A DNA stretch of 64,000 nucleotides from Laetmonice hystrix. Its lineage: Eukaryota. The notes under the pieces were generated by a model. The model searched no databases. It saw only the letters and a program-made list of their open reading frames with translations, and had not been told where the DNA came from. Made by a program: the position numbers and the translations under genes. Positions 10,501-18,943 of this stretch are shown one piece after another. How positions within the stretch are numbered: the stretch's first letter is position 1; each line of letters starts with the position of its first letter. The stretch covers positions 8,122,001 through 8,186,000 of the forward strand of contig OZ249439.1 in NCBI GenBank assembly GCA_965235115.1, in the 5' to 3' direction.

Positions 10501-10816
10501 TGTACTTACCCATTGGTGTTATGAAGGCGGTTTTGTCTCTATCAGACTCTTTAATGGGGATTTGGTGAAATGCGCTTTGAAGATCGCACACGGTTATGAA
10601 CTTTGGTTTGATTGTACCCACAGCGTCAATAGTATCCTCCACGCGTGGGACGTTGAGGAATTGATCTATTGTTTCCCTATTCAAGCCGCGATAATCACAA
10701 ACCAACCTATCGCCCCCATCGCTCTTTTTGACCAAGAACGCGGGACTTGCCCATGGTCCACTGTTCGTTTCCTCAATTATCCCTAATTCTAATTGATCTT
10801 CGACACACCTTTCCAT
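7532..10816 (-). CDS. pol: Pol C-terminal part: reverse transcriptase, RNase H, integrase, acidic linker, chromo-like domain
   Basis: RT motifs PWASPAFLVKK, DLQSAFHQIP, YVDDII; RNase H TDGSGVGIG, ELLGI, TDHSAL, ADALSR; integrase HHCC (H..H..CDVC), D-D-E (IDAL, SDNG, GLVER) and GPY; C-terminal DNVWVPESFL. Confidence 0.97.
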   Translation of the reverse strand: MERCVEDQLELGIIEETNSGPWASPAFLVKKSDGGDRLVCDYRGLNRETIDQFLNVPRVEDTIDAVGTIKPKFITVCDLQSAFHQIPIKESDRDKTAFITPMGKYRYKVLPMGMKNAPRSCQMLIDMIMRGIPFESILIYVDDIIIPSRTWEEHLAGVEEVLQRLIGAGLKLKPSKTKIACQEALFLGHVIGEFGIKPNPQKIEVIQGLQPPTNVKGLRRFLGITGFYRRFIPKYGKLANPLYGLTKGESKWEWTETHQKAFETLRDTLTSDTVLMYPDFQKEFILTTDGSGVGIGGCLSQLDQDNRERPVAFLSKKFGESQNRYSTLDKELLGICYSVEYWKVYLTGRKFKIRTDHSALKYILGDSGKFTLRQSKWRAFLNQFQFEIEHIKGKSNVVADALSRPEEQDKVEVISPGVEEFIERCLELSQITDASAIADRTQIMGVINDLYQDPKELDLPKVEELPINSLGQVKADEVSSSQRSNKKSPNNRKRLKYSDILQTQYRLTFEGLGLSAQCVRDAQVRDEFSSDLIKFLKDKELPEDEARAKRVTILEENFIISDDILYNIHTTLGPKAETHARLVIPRNLRKVILEVHHDSLIGAHLSSQKMLSAMRTKYFWFGMCQDIHRYCNSCDVCAQTKRMTHPIRPPLTLRDPSPRPWHIVNIDALERLPRSRKGNRHLIVVVDYYSRYTIAFPLPNLTAKSVAERFFANVICRVGGVRRIISDNGKCFVGEEFKIMCERYNITQSFSTVAHPQTSGLVERANRSVLNVLRTFVNEKQNNWDESIPEVLFALNTTEAYSLGVTPFLLCHGYDPLNPIETNVKLDLGGDGTVQDRFAEVLQTQKNAHEKSRVTFKETQKNMKLRYDKHVHDPKLSEGDRVWLFWPRLNDQTTKLKLAKIFHGPYVIVAFHTDSTVWLKHTTTGKFMTKPVTTHRLKKSLNREELQERWPEFEVEYEDPAELEECDFPDDSFISDPVQEDEIDDDAESVYSDGEIEAEESDALSEDEAIDSDDQKVPKAKKAGTGPFFPIKAIDKLNKRNGELIVLVSYQDGDNVWVPESFLNKEARCKYIDGDLDVPELRYNLRNRNLRKLD

Positions 10817-11960
10817 TCTCTTTTTGCTTCTGGTGCCATCCTGTATGGTAATTTCTGAGTATTCTTTGGATGCGCCACCAGCTGTATTTCGTGTTCATAC
10901 AAATGTGTTAAGCCTAATTTCCCGTCAGGGCCCACAAATGCTTGGTTGTTTCTTTTTAATACTTCATTCATCTGTTGCTTTTGATCCTCAGTGATATTTG
11001 CCCCAGAGAAATCTACATTTGGGAGGAAATCTTCTCCCGATTCTACCTTGGGTTTGCTAGTGGCTGAGAATACCGTAGGCTTTTCCCTACCAATCCTTTG
11101 TGTATGCAGGTTGCCAGGCTCATTTGCTCTAACTACATTTATACAGGGTGTTAACTCCATCTCTGCCAAATAACCTAAATTAGACCCTGCCGTCAACGTT
11201 CGAGCATATGGGTTCGTATTCAGCAGTCTGAGATAAACGGTATTATCCTTAACTCTGACCAGTCCTTTCATGGCCAAGATTTTAAGTCTTTTCATGCTTC
11301 CTGAGGTAGTTACTACTCCTTCCCAGCCCTCTAGGTTTTGATCTGAGACCAACTCACCCTTTGTCCAGATCTCACTGTGGGGTGGCATCACTATTGTACG
11401 TGTCAGTTTGATATCAGGGGGTCCATGGATTTTGGGTCTTTTTCTGTTAAAATTTATTGTCATTCCATGATCTCTAAGGAAATCGTTACCCAGGATGACC
11501 TCCGTGGTCAAATATGGCAATACTAGGAAATTTTGCGTGTACTCGGATTCCTTTAGTCGTACCTTTAGGGTTAATTCGCTATCTGCAGAGACAGTTTCGC
11601 CTCCTGCAAACGTGCAATGCATGGTTGTCGGGAGTAGGGTGTGGGGAATATTTCTTTCAACAACCTCATTAAAAATGTCTCTACTAACCACAGATCTTGT
11701 AGCCCCTGTGTCAATTAAGGCTGTGTAACCCCCACCACCAATGAATAGCTGAACGCAGTTGTCCTCAGACAAGATACAATTATGTGGACTTTCCTTACCT
11801 GACCAGTGTTGCTGATGCCCAGTCTTTTGCGGTGAATTCAGGATGCTGTTGTCATTGATCTTGTCTGGACTTGTCTGCACTTGGGGTTTATCGTCAGCAT
11901 TTTGTTTTGGATTTTGTGGAACATTCCACTCCCCCGCAGGAATGTTCCGGTCTAGTTTTC
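10789..11960 (-). CDS. pol: Pol N-terminal part: aspartic protease plus degenerate dUTPase-like domain
   Basis: LIDTGATRSVV (DTG at 11704-11712) and VILGNDFL. The frame is open from the gag slippery site (GKLDRNIPAGEW...QVQTSP). It ends in RT-entry sequence HEIQL..PYRMAPEAKRE and is one base out of frame with the RT ORF. Confidence 0.95.
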
Positions 11961-11961
11961 C
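11918..11961 (-). promoter_or_regulatory. -1 ribosomal frameshift signal at the gag-pol junction
   Basis: G GAA AAC directly before the gag TAG, 6-nt spacer, then a perfect 10-bp stem GGAACATTCC/GGAATGTTCC with an 11-nt loop; the -1 frame is the protease frame. Confidence 0.85.
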
Positions 11962-13445
11962 TGAAACTTAACCAAGAGTGACTTCATCTGCTCCATCATG
12001 GTCTTCATTTCTCCAATCTCTGAAGATGTTGTGTTGGCCAGTGGTTCTGGTGGTGTTACCGTGTTACCAGGAATGGCCTGCATGCTATTTTGAGCGGACT
12101 GTCCGGCAAACTGGTCTCTCCCTTGCATTCTTGTGGTTCTCTGGTATGGGCGTTGATTCCCTTCCGCAAAGTAGCAGTCCTTCTTTTCGTGATTGTTTCT
12201 GCCACATATATCGCACTTTTGGACTTTTCTTTGGGCCCACTCCTTCTGTTGTCCCCAAGATTTAGCTGACGGCTTTCCCTGAGAATTTTGGCCTACCGCG
12301 TTGGGGTGTCTTCCGTTTCTGGTGCGATCCTGATTGAAGTGACTGTGTTGGTAGTGAACTGCACCTTTTGCACCTTGGTTTGAGGACTTCTCCTCCCTAT
12401 TCTTCTCTTTCCTTTGATGTTCTTCTTCCCACTTTGATCTTTTTTCAAGATCAGCGACAGTATGTTTCACCAGGTCAATGCTTGGGAGGGTTTCCCTGAC
12501 CTTTTCTGTTGCCATCTCATACGTCTCGATATCATTATTATGTATGGCGTTCCTGTATTCAGGCAAGACATTGAGTTTAAAAATTATGAACTTCTGTTCA
12601 TTGGACAGCCTAAGGCGTTTTGCCATGCATTCGAACCGACAGATGAATTCTTCCTGTGTTTCTGTCCGTTTCATGTCATTGAGGATCTCTGTGCGCCACT
12701 CCTCACTATTAACGCCAGTGAAACGTTTTAGGAAACGGCGCCTGAAGTCGTCATACCCCTTGAATTCGTGGTCAACATTCGTGTACCACACCAATGCCTG
12801 CTCGTCCAAAAATGACCACATCGTGTTCATCACTTGCCCCTTCCAGTCACTGCCAGACGCATCATACAGATATGTGTGATACGCCTCCATCTTGGAGATC
12901 CAAGTTAGAGGGTCTTCTTTATCTGTTCCCCTAAACGGTTTCGGCGCCTTGACATCAGGACTGATGTTTGGCCTTTTCTCGACGTTTCTCATCTCGTTAT
13001 GTCGAACCATGAATTCCAGCATCTGCTCTTGCTGCCTTTCAGTTTGCTGAACCTGCATACGCATGAATTGTTCCGTTTGCTCCTGCCATATACGCAACAG
13101 CGAACTCACCTGCTGACTGGTTGTATCTTTTGCCGCTGTTTGAGGGTTTTCTTTCTCTCTATTTTGTTGGGGAATTTCTGGCCCTTGGTTTCGTTGTACC
13201 AACACAACCTCAGCGTCTTCCCCTGGCGGATCCATTGTGCGTGATACTAAGGAATGTCTGGTATCTACCTTTACTGTTGTTTTGCCTTCCAGCTGATACA
13301 GGTCGGGCTGGTGTCTCCGTAAGCTGCGCGCTGGTCCAGTTGGCTTGATACTCTTTTCCGCCGAATTTGCGCCTCTTACGGTGGTAAAACTGTCCGATTC
13401 GTCCTCGGATGAGTCAGCAAGTCTGATTCCTCGATGACTTGACAT
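11952..13445 (-). CDS. gag: Gag (497 aa) with capsid region and one CCHC zinc knuckle
   Basis: PKPFRGTDKEDPLTWISKME capsid-start motif; CDICGRNNHEKKDC (12174-12215); Q-rich helical N-terminal region; position immediately after the PBS. Confidence 0.95.
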   Translation of the reverse strand: MSSHRGIRLADSSEDESDSFTTVRGANSAEKSIKPTGPARSLRRHQPDLYQLEGKTTVKVDTRHSLVSRTMDPPGEDAEVVLVQRNQGPEIPQQNREKENPQTAAKDTTSQQVSSLLRIWQEQTEQFMRMQVQQTERQQEQMLEFMVRHNEMRNVEKRPNISPDVKAPKPFRGTDKEDPLTWISKMEAYHTYLYDASGSDWKGQVMNTMWSFLDEQALVWYTNVDHEFKGYDDFRRRFLKRFTGVNSEEWRTEILNDMKRTETQEEFICRFECMAKRLRLSNEQKFIIFKLNVLPEYRNAIHNNDIETYEMATEKVRETLPSIDLVKHTVADLEKRSKWEEEHQRKEKNREEKSSNQGAKGAVHYQHSHFNQDRTRNGRHPNAVGQNSQGKPSAKSWGQQKEWAQRKVQKCDICGRNNHEKKDCYFAEGNQRPYQRTTRMQGRDQFAGQSAQNSMQAIPGNTVTPPEPLANTTSSEIGEMKTMMEQMKSLLVKFQEN

Positions 13446-13483
13446 GTAAGGTTACTAACTCTGCCGCATGATGAGCTGATCGA

Positions 13484-13498
13484 CCGGGTTCTCCTCCA
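13484..13498 (-). promoter_or_regulatory. Primer-binding-site candidate
   Basis: Minus-strand TGGAGGAGAACCCGG begins 5 nt after the 5' LTR; TGG is complementary to tRNA CCA. The primer tRNA is not established. Confidence 0.6.
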
Positions 13499-13503
13499 CT
13501 TTA

Positions 13504-13959
13504 TGTTAACATTTCTTTTGGTAGTTGGGAGAATAACTCAGTAGAGTCGTCGCTTGAGTTTTGAAGCTTTAATTCCTGAGGTACACGGTTGTCTTCTTCG
13601 ACCAATATGCACCACGCGGTCAGTATATATATTCGTTATCTTCGTCAGTCTCTATCTCTCCTTCTCTTCTTCAGCATGTCTCCCCTCCTTTAAGGGGGTT
13701 TCCGTCATAGTCTAATGGACGGACACCGATCATTGGCCGGTGACCTACGACCAATTAGCTGGTCGCCCCCTGACTGACTCCTTTGATTGACAGCTACCGC
13801 CCTGATGGCTGTCATAGGTATGACGGGCTTGTTCAGTGGTGCATAACGGTCGAAGCTGAGACAACAATACAGTGCCATACAATGAATGGTATACCACGAG
13901 AAAACACACGCTAGGACTACTCTACAACAGGTTACATGGATACAAATGATATCTTATCA
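13504..13959 (-). repeat. 5' LTR (456 bp) with TATA-like box
   Basis: Copy of 2148-2603; TATATATA-type run at 13624-13632, upstream (in minus orientation) of ATTAAA at 13568-13573. Confidence 0.98.
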
Positions 13960-14240
13960 TATGGGACAGTAACCTTAACTATGACGTGTGGGACATTGAT
14001 AAATTTCACTGTAATATGGGACAGTAACCTTAACTATGACGTGTGGGACATTGATAAATATCACTGTAATATCTTAGCTATATAACGGTCACTGTAATAT
14101 GGGACAGTAGCTTTGGTGAAAGTAACGTTTACTAATAACAATATGGGACTGCAGCTAGTGATTCTGACGTTTACTGATAACAATCGATGTAGTATGGGAC
14201 AGTAACGCTGTAATGTGGGACACTGTAATGACGTTAACTA
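13960..14240. repeat. 55-bp satellite, right part (about 2 intact units, then degenerate)
   Basis: Resumes in register (tatgggacagtaacc...) exactly after the LTR end and decays after about 14071. Confidence 0.9.
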
Positions 14241-14519
14241 TTGACGTGTTCCACTGTATCCTGTGGCGCCGCCTACCGGAAGATGATGAATGTCCATGAT
14301 TAATCTTCATTATCCGGCTCGCGGTAAGCAGCGGGATGAGGTGGAATGTGTGTGTGTGATTTGAACTGTGGGCCACAACCCCATCCTCATTGTAGCCACC
14401 GATGAAACACACGCCATGAACATCACTAAGCACGCGTCCCTTTCCGAGCGACTATAAAATCCGTCTTTTTTTGGCTCTGATGAAGATGGCATCCTGAGAA
14501 GACAATTAAGCGGAACTTG

Positions 14520-15356
14520 CAGTAAGGAGATTGGAGACTGTATGTGGACCTGTACGTATGGCGACAGCCGCAGGTACAGGGAACTCTCAGTAAGGAGATT
14601 GGAGACTGTATGTAGACCTGTACGTATGGCGACAGCCGCAGGTACAGGAAACTCTCAGTAAGGAGATTGGAGACTGTATGTAGACCTGTACGTATGGCGA
14701 CAGCCGCAGGTACAGGGAACTCTCAGTAAGGAGATTGGAGACTGTATGTAGACCTGTACGTATGGCGACAGCCGCAGGTACAGGAAACTCTCAGTAAGGA
14801 GACTGGAGACGGTATGTAGACCTGTACGTATGGCGACAGCCGCAGGTACAGGGAACTCTCAGTAAGGAGACTGGAGACTGTATGTAGACATGTACGTATA
14901 GCGACAGCCGCAGGTACAGGGAACTCTCAGTAAGGAGATTGGAGACTGTATGTAGACCTGTACGTATGGCGACAGCCGCAGGTACAGGGAACTCTCAGTA
15001 AGGAGATTGGAGACTGTATGTAGACCTGTACGTATGGCGACAGCCGCAGGTACAGGGAACTCTCAGTAAGGAGACTGGAGACTGTACCTGTAGTACGTAT
15101 GGCGACAGCCGCAGGAATTGTTAATGTACAGGGAACTCTCAGTAAGGAGACTGGAGACTGTATGTAGACCTGTACGTATGGCGACAGCCGCAGGTACAGG
15201 GAACTCTCAGTAAGGAGACTGGAGACTGTATGTGGACCTGTACGTATGGCGACAGCCGCAGGAATTGTTAATGTACAGGGAATTCTCAGTAAGGAGACGA
15301 GAGACTGTATGTAGACCTGTACGTATGGCGACAGCCGCAGGAATTGTTAATGTACA
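14520..15356. repeat. 68-bp minisatellite (about 12 copies)
   Basis: cagtaaggagattggagactgtatgtagacctgtacgtatggcgacagccgcaggtacagggaactct; unit starts at 14520 and 14588. Confidence 0.95.
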
Positions 15357-15932
15357 TTAATGATAAAGCCCTATTGAGAAAGGGACGAGAATATCCCCTA
15401 AGGTAGCACTGAATGATCTAACGACCAACCTATTGACAAATAAGGACCCTGGATTTAGTAGAAGTGCCAGGAAAATCCCATCCCCTCCCGTCCGGTTACT
15501 TCATCCATCTCTCTTACCAGACAACTTCTGAGCACTTTCACTCGCGAGTTTCCTCGCAGCATCAACTTCGGTACTCACGTGGGTCGTTCAGAATGTTTTG
15601 ACAGCACAGCGTCGTAATTCATAACATAATGTCCACTCGATTGAAAGGCACGGGGAAAAATTGCTGAAGCTTTTAGCCAAGCTGGCCTAATGAGTAGCGT
15701 TCCGAAGGAGATGGCTGTGGCATTAACCCCGCTGGCCCACACTTTGATGAGGAATTACTGCACACAAAGAAATGTCAGTAAATCAGGGGCCCTCAAGAAA
15801 CTGGCGGACAGAGCCAACTCCCAACGTTTTACCTTCCACCCGTCTCGGACAGGACGCCTGCGTCCCACGTCACGCGGTGAATTATGGGAGCGGACCAGGA
15901 CGCACCAATCAGCGAGGAGGGTTTGTAACAAA

Positions 15933-16779
15933 CGACTTGCCCGGAATATGCTGGTGGGGCTCTGTATGCAGCGATTAGATGACTCGCTGGGAATCTGTTG
16001 GTGGGGCTCTGTATGTAGCGATTAGACAACTCGCCCGGAGCCTGTTGGTTGGGCTCTGTATGCAGCGATTAGATGACTCGCCCGGAATCTGTTGGTGGGG
16101 CTCTGTATGCAGCGATTAGACGACTCGCCTGGAATCTGTTGGTGGGGCTCTGTATGCAGCGATTAGACGACTCGCCTGGAGTCTGTTGGTGGGGCTCTGT
16201 ATGCAGCGATTAGACGACTCGCCTGGAGTCTGTTGGTGGGGCTCTGTATGCAGCGATTAGACGACTCGCTGGGAATCTGTTGGCGGGGCTCTGTATGCAG
16301 CGATTAGACGACTCGCCCGGAATCTATTGGTGGGACTCTGTATGCAGCGATTAGACGACTCGCCCGGAGTCTGTTGGCGGGGCTCTGTATGCAGCGATTA
16401 GACGACTCGCCTGGAGTCTGTTGGTGGGGCTCTGTATGCAGCGATTAGATGACTCGCCCGGAATCTGTTGGTGAGGCTCTGTATGCAGCAATTAGACGAC
16501 TCGCCCGGAATCTGTTGGTGGGGCTCTGTATGCAGCGATTAGATGACTCGCCCGGAATCTGTTGGTGGGGCTCTGTATGCAGCGATTAGACGACTCGCTG
16601 GGAATCTGTTGGTGGGGCTCTGTATGCAGCAATTAGACGACTCGCCTGGAGTCTGTTGGTGGGGCTCTGTATGCAGCGATTAGACGACTAGCCCGGAATC
16701 TGTTGGTTGGGCTCTCTATGCAGCGATTAGACGACTCGCCTGGAGTCTGTTGGTGGGGCTCTGTATGCAGCGATTAGAC
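15933..16779. repeat. 47-bp minisatellite (about 18 copies)
   Basis: gactcgcccggaatctgttggtggggctctgtatgcagcgattagac repeated in tandem. Confidence 0.95.
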
Positions 16780-17081
16780 ACGACTAACAGGTCTCTTGTA
16801 ACTTACCACAACCACGAAGGCTGGGGGGGGGGGGGGGCAGCCGGGCGAATACCCCCAACCCAGGCGTCGACGATCGGAAGGGGTAACACAATCAGTACAA
16901 CCCACTGCCGTAATATTGACTCGCTTCTTAACAAGGCCCCCCTTGCTTAAATACCCCTATCATAAACCAAATTCTGATGTGACATATGCGGAAGAGTACA
17001 GTAAAATTTGTATCCTCTAAAAGCAATGTAATGTTCATGTGGATAATCCCCAAAACATGAAAAACGTTCTCTACTGCGGCG

Positions 17082-18943
17082 CTATTGACCTGAGCACTAC
17101 GTCCTGTAGATCCTATTGACCTGAGCACTACGTCCTGTAGATCCTATTGACCTGAGCACTACGTCCTGTAGATCCTATTGACCTGAGCACTACGTCCTGT
17201 AGATCCTATTGACCTGAGCACTACGTCCTGTAGATCCCATTGACCTGAGCACTACGTCCTGTAGATCCCATTGACCTGAGCACTACGTCCTGTAGATCCT
17301 ATTGACCTGAGCACTACGTCCTGTAGATCCTATTGACCTAAACACTACGTCCTGTAGATCCTATTGACCTGAGCACTACGTCCTGTAGATCCTATTGACC
17401 TGAGCACTACGTCCTGTAGATCCTATTGACCTGAGCACTACGTCCTGTAGACCCTATTGACCTGAGCACTACGTCCTGTAGACCCTATTGACCTGAGCAC
17501 TACGTCCTGTAGATCCTATTGACCTGAGCCCTACGTCCTGTAGATCCTATTGACCTGAGCACTACGTCCTGTAGATCCTATTGACCTTAGCACTACGTCC
17601 TGTAGATCCTATTGACCTGAGCACTACGTCCTGTAGATCCTATTGACCTGAGCACTACGTCCTGTAGATCCTATTGACCTAAGCACTACGTCCTGTAGAT
17701 CCTATTGACCTGAGCACTACGTCCTGTAGATCCTATTGACCTGAGCACTACGTCCTGTAGATCCCATTGACCTGAGCACTACGTCCTGTAGATCCTATTG
17801 ACCTGAGCACTACGTCCTGTAGATCCTATTGACCTGAGCACTACGTCCTGTAGATCCTATTGACCTGAGCACTACGTCCTGTAGATCCTATTGACCTGAG
17901 CACTACGTCCTGTAGATCCTATTGACCTTAGCACTACGTCCTGTAGATCCTATTGACCTTAGCGCTACGTCCTGTAGATCCTATTGACCTTAGCACTACG
18001 TCCTGTAGATCCTATTGACCTTAGCGCTACGTCCTGTAGATCCTATTGACCTGAGCACTACGTCCTGTAGATCCTATTGACCTGAGTACTACGTCCTGTA
18101 GATCCTATTGACCTGAGCCCTACGTCCTGTAGATCCTATTGTCCTGAGCACTACGTCCTGTAGATCCTATTGACCTGAGCACTACGTCCTGTAGATCCTA
18201 TTGACCTGAGCACTACGTCCTGTAGATCCTATTGACCTGAGCACTACGTCCTGTAGATCCTATTGACCTGAGCACTACGTCCTGTAGATCCTATTGACCT
18301 GAGCACTACGTCCTGTAGATCCTATTGACCTGAGCACTACGTCCTGTAGATCCTATTGACCTGAGCACTACGTCCTGTAGATCCTATTGACCTGAGCACT
18401 ACGTCCTGTAGATCCTATTGACCTGAGCACTACGTCCTGTAGATCCTATTGACCTGAGCACTACGTCCTGTAGATCCTATTGACCTGAGCACTACGTCCC
18501 GTAGATCCTATTGACCTGAGCACTACGTCCCGTAGATCCTATTGACCTGAGCACTACGTCCCGTAGATCCTATTGACCTGAGCACTACGTCCCGTAGATC
18601 CTATTGACCTGAGCACTACGTCCCGTAGATCCTATTGACCTGAGCACTACGTCCTGTAGATCCTATTGACCTGAGCACTACGTCCTGTAGATCCTATTGA
18701 CCTGAGCACTACGTCCTGTAGATCCTATTGACCTGAGCACTACGTCCTGTAGATCCTATTGACCTGAGCCCTACGTCCTGTAGATCCTATTGACCTGAGC
18801 ACTACGTCCTGTAGATCCTATTGACCTTAGCACTACGTCCTGTAGATCCTATTGACCTGAGCACTACGTCCTGTAGATCCTATTGACCTGAACACTACGT
18901 CCTGTAGATCCTATTGACCTGAGCACTACGTCCTGTAGATCCT
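17082..18943. repeat. 31-bp minisatellite (about 60 copies)
   Basis: ctattgacctgagcactacgtcctgtagatc, head-to-tail with no spacers. Confidence 0.97.

Larger units (their letters stand above)
2148..13959 (-). mobile_element. Full-length env-bearing Ty3/Gypsy (Metaviridae) LTR retroelement, endogenous-retrovirus-like
   Basis: Two 456-bp direct repeats with TG..CA ends, TATG duplicated at 2144-2147 and 13960-13963, PBS-like and PPT sites, and gag/pol/env on the minus strand with PR-RT-RH-IN domain order. Confidence 0.98.

Noticed and set aside
4082-13348. Plus-strand ORFs of 60-133 aa inside the LTR element
   Set aside because: Antisense shadows of env, pol and gag with no motifs; expected opposite long ORFs.
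14155-14492. Short minus ORFs with an acceptor-like site near 14494 (kelch-like FIGGY)
   Set aside because: Three frames are about equally plausible; no donor or homology support.
17082-18943. 31-bp repeats resembling CRISPR repeat length
   Set aside because: Head-to-tail units with no unique spacers and no cas genes, in a eukaryotic context; the same applies to all other arrays.
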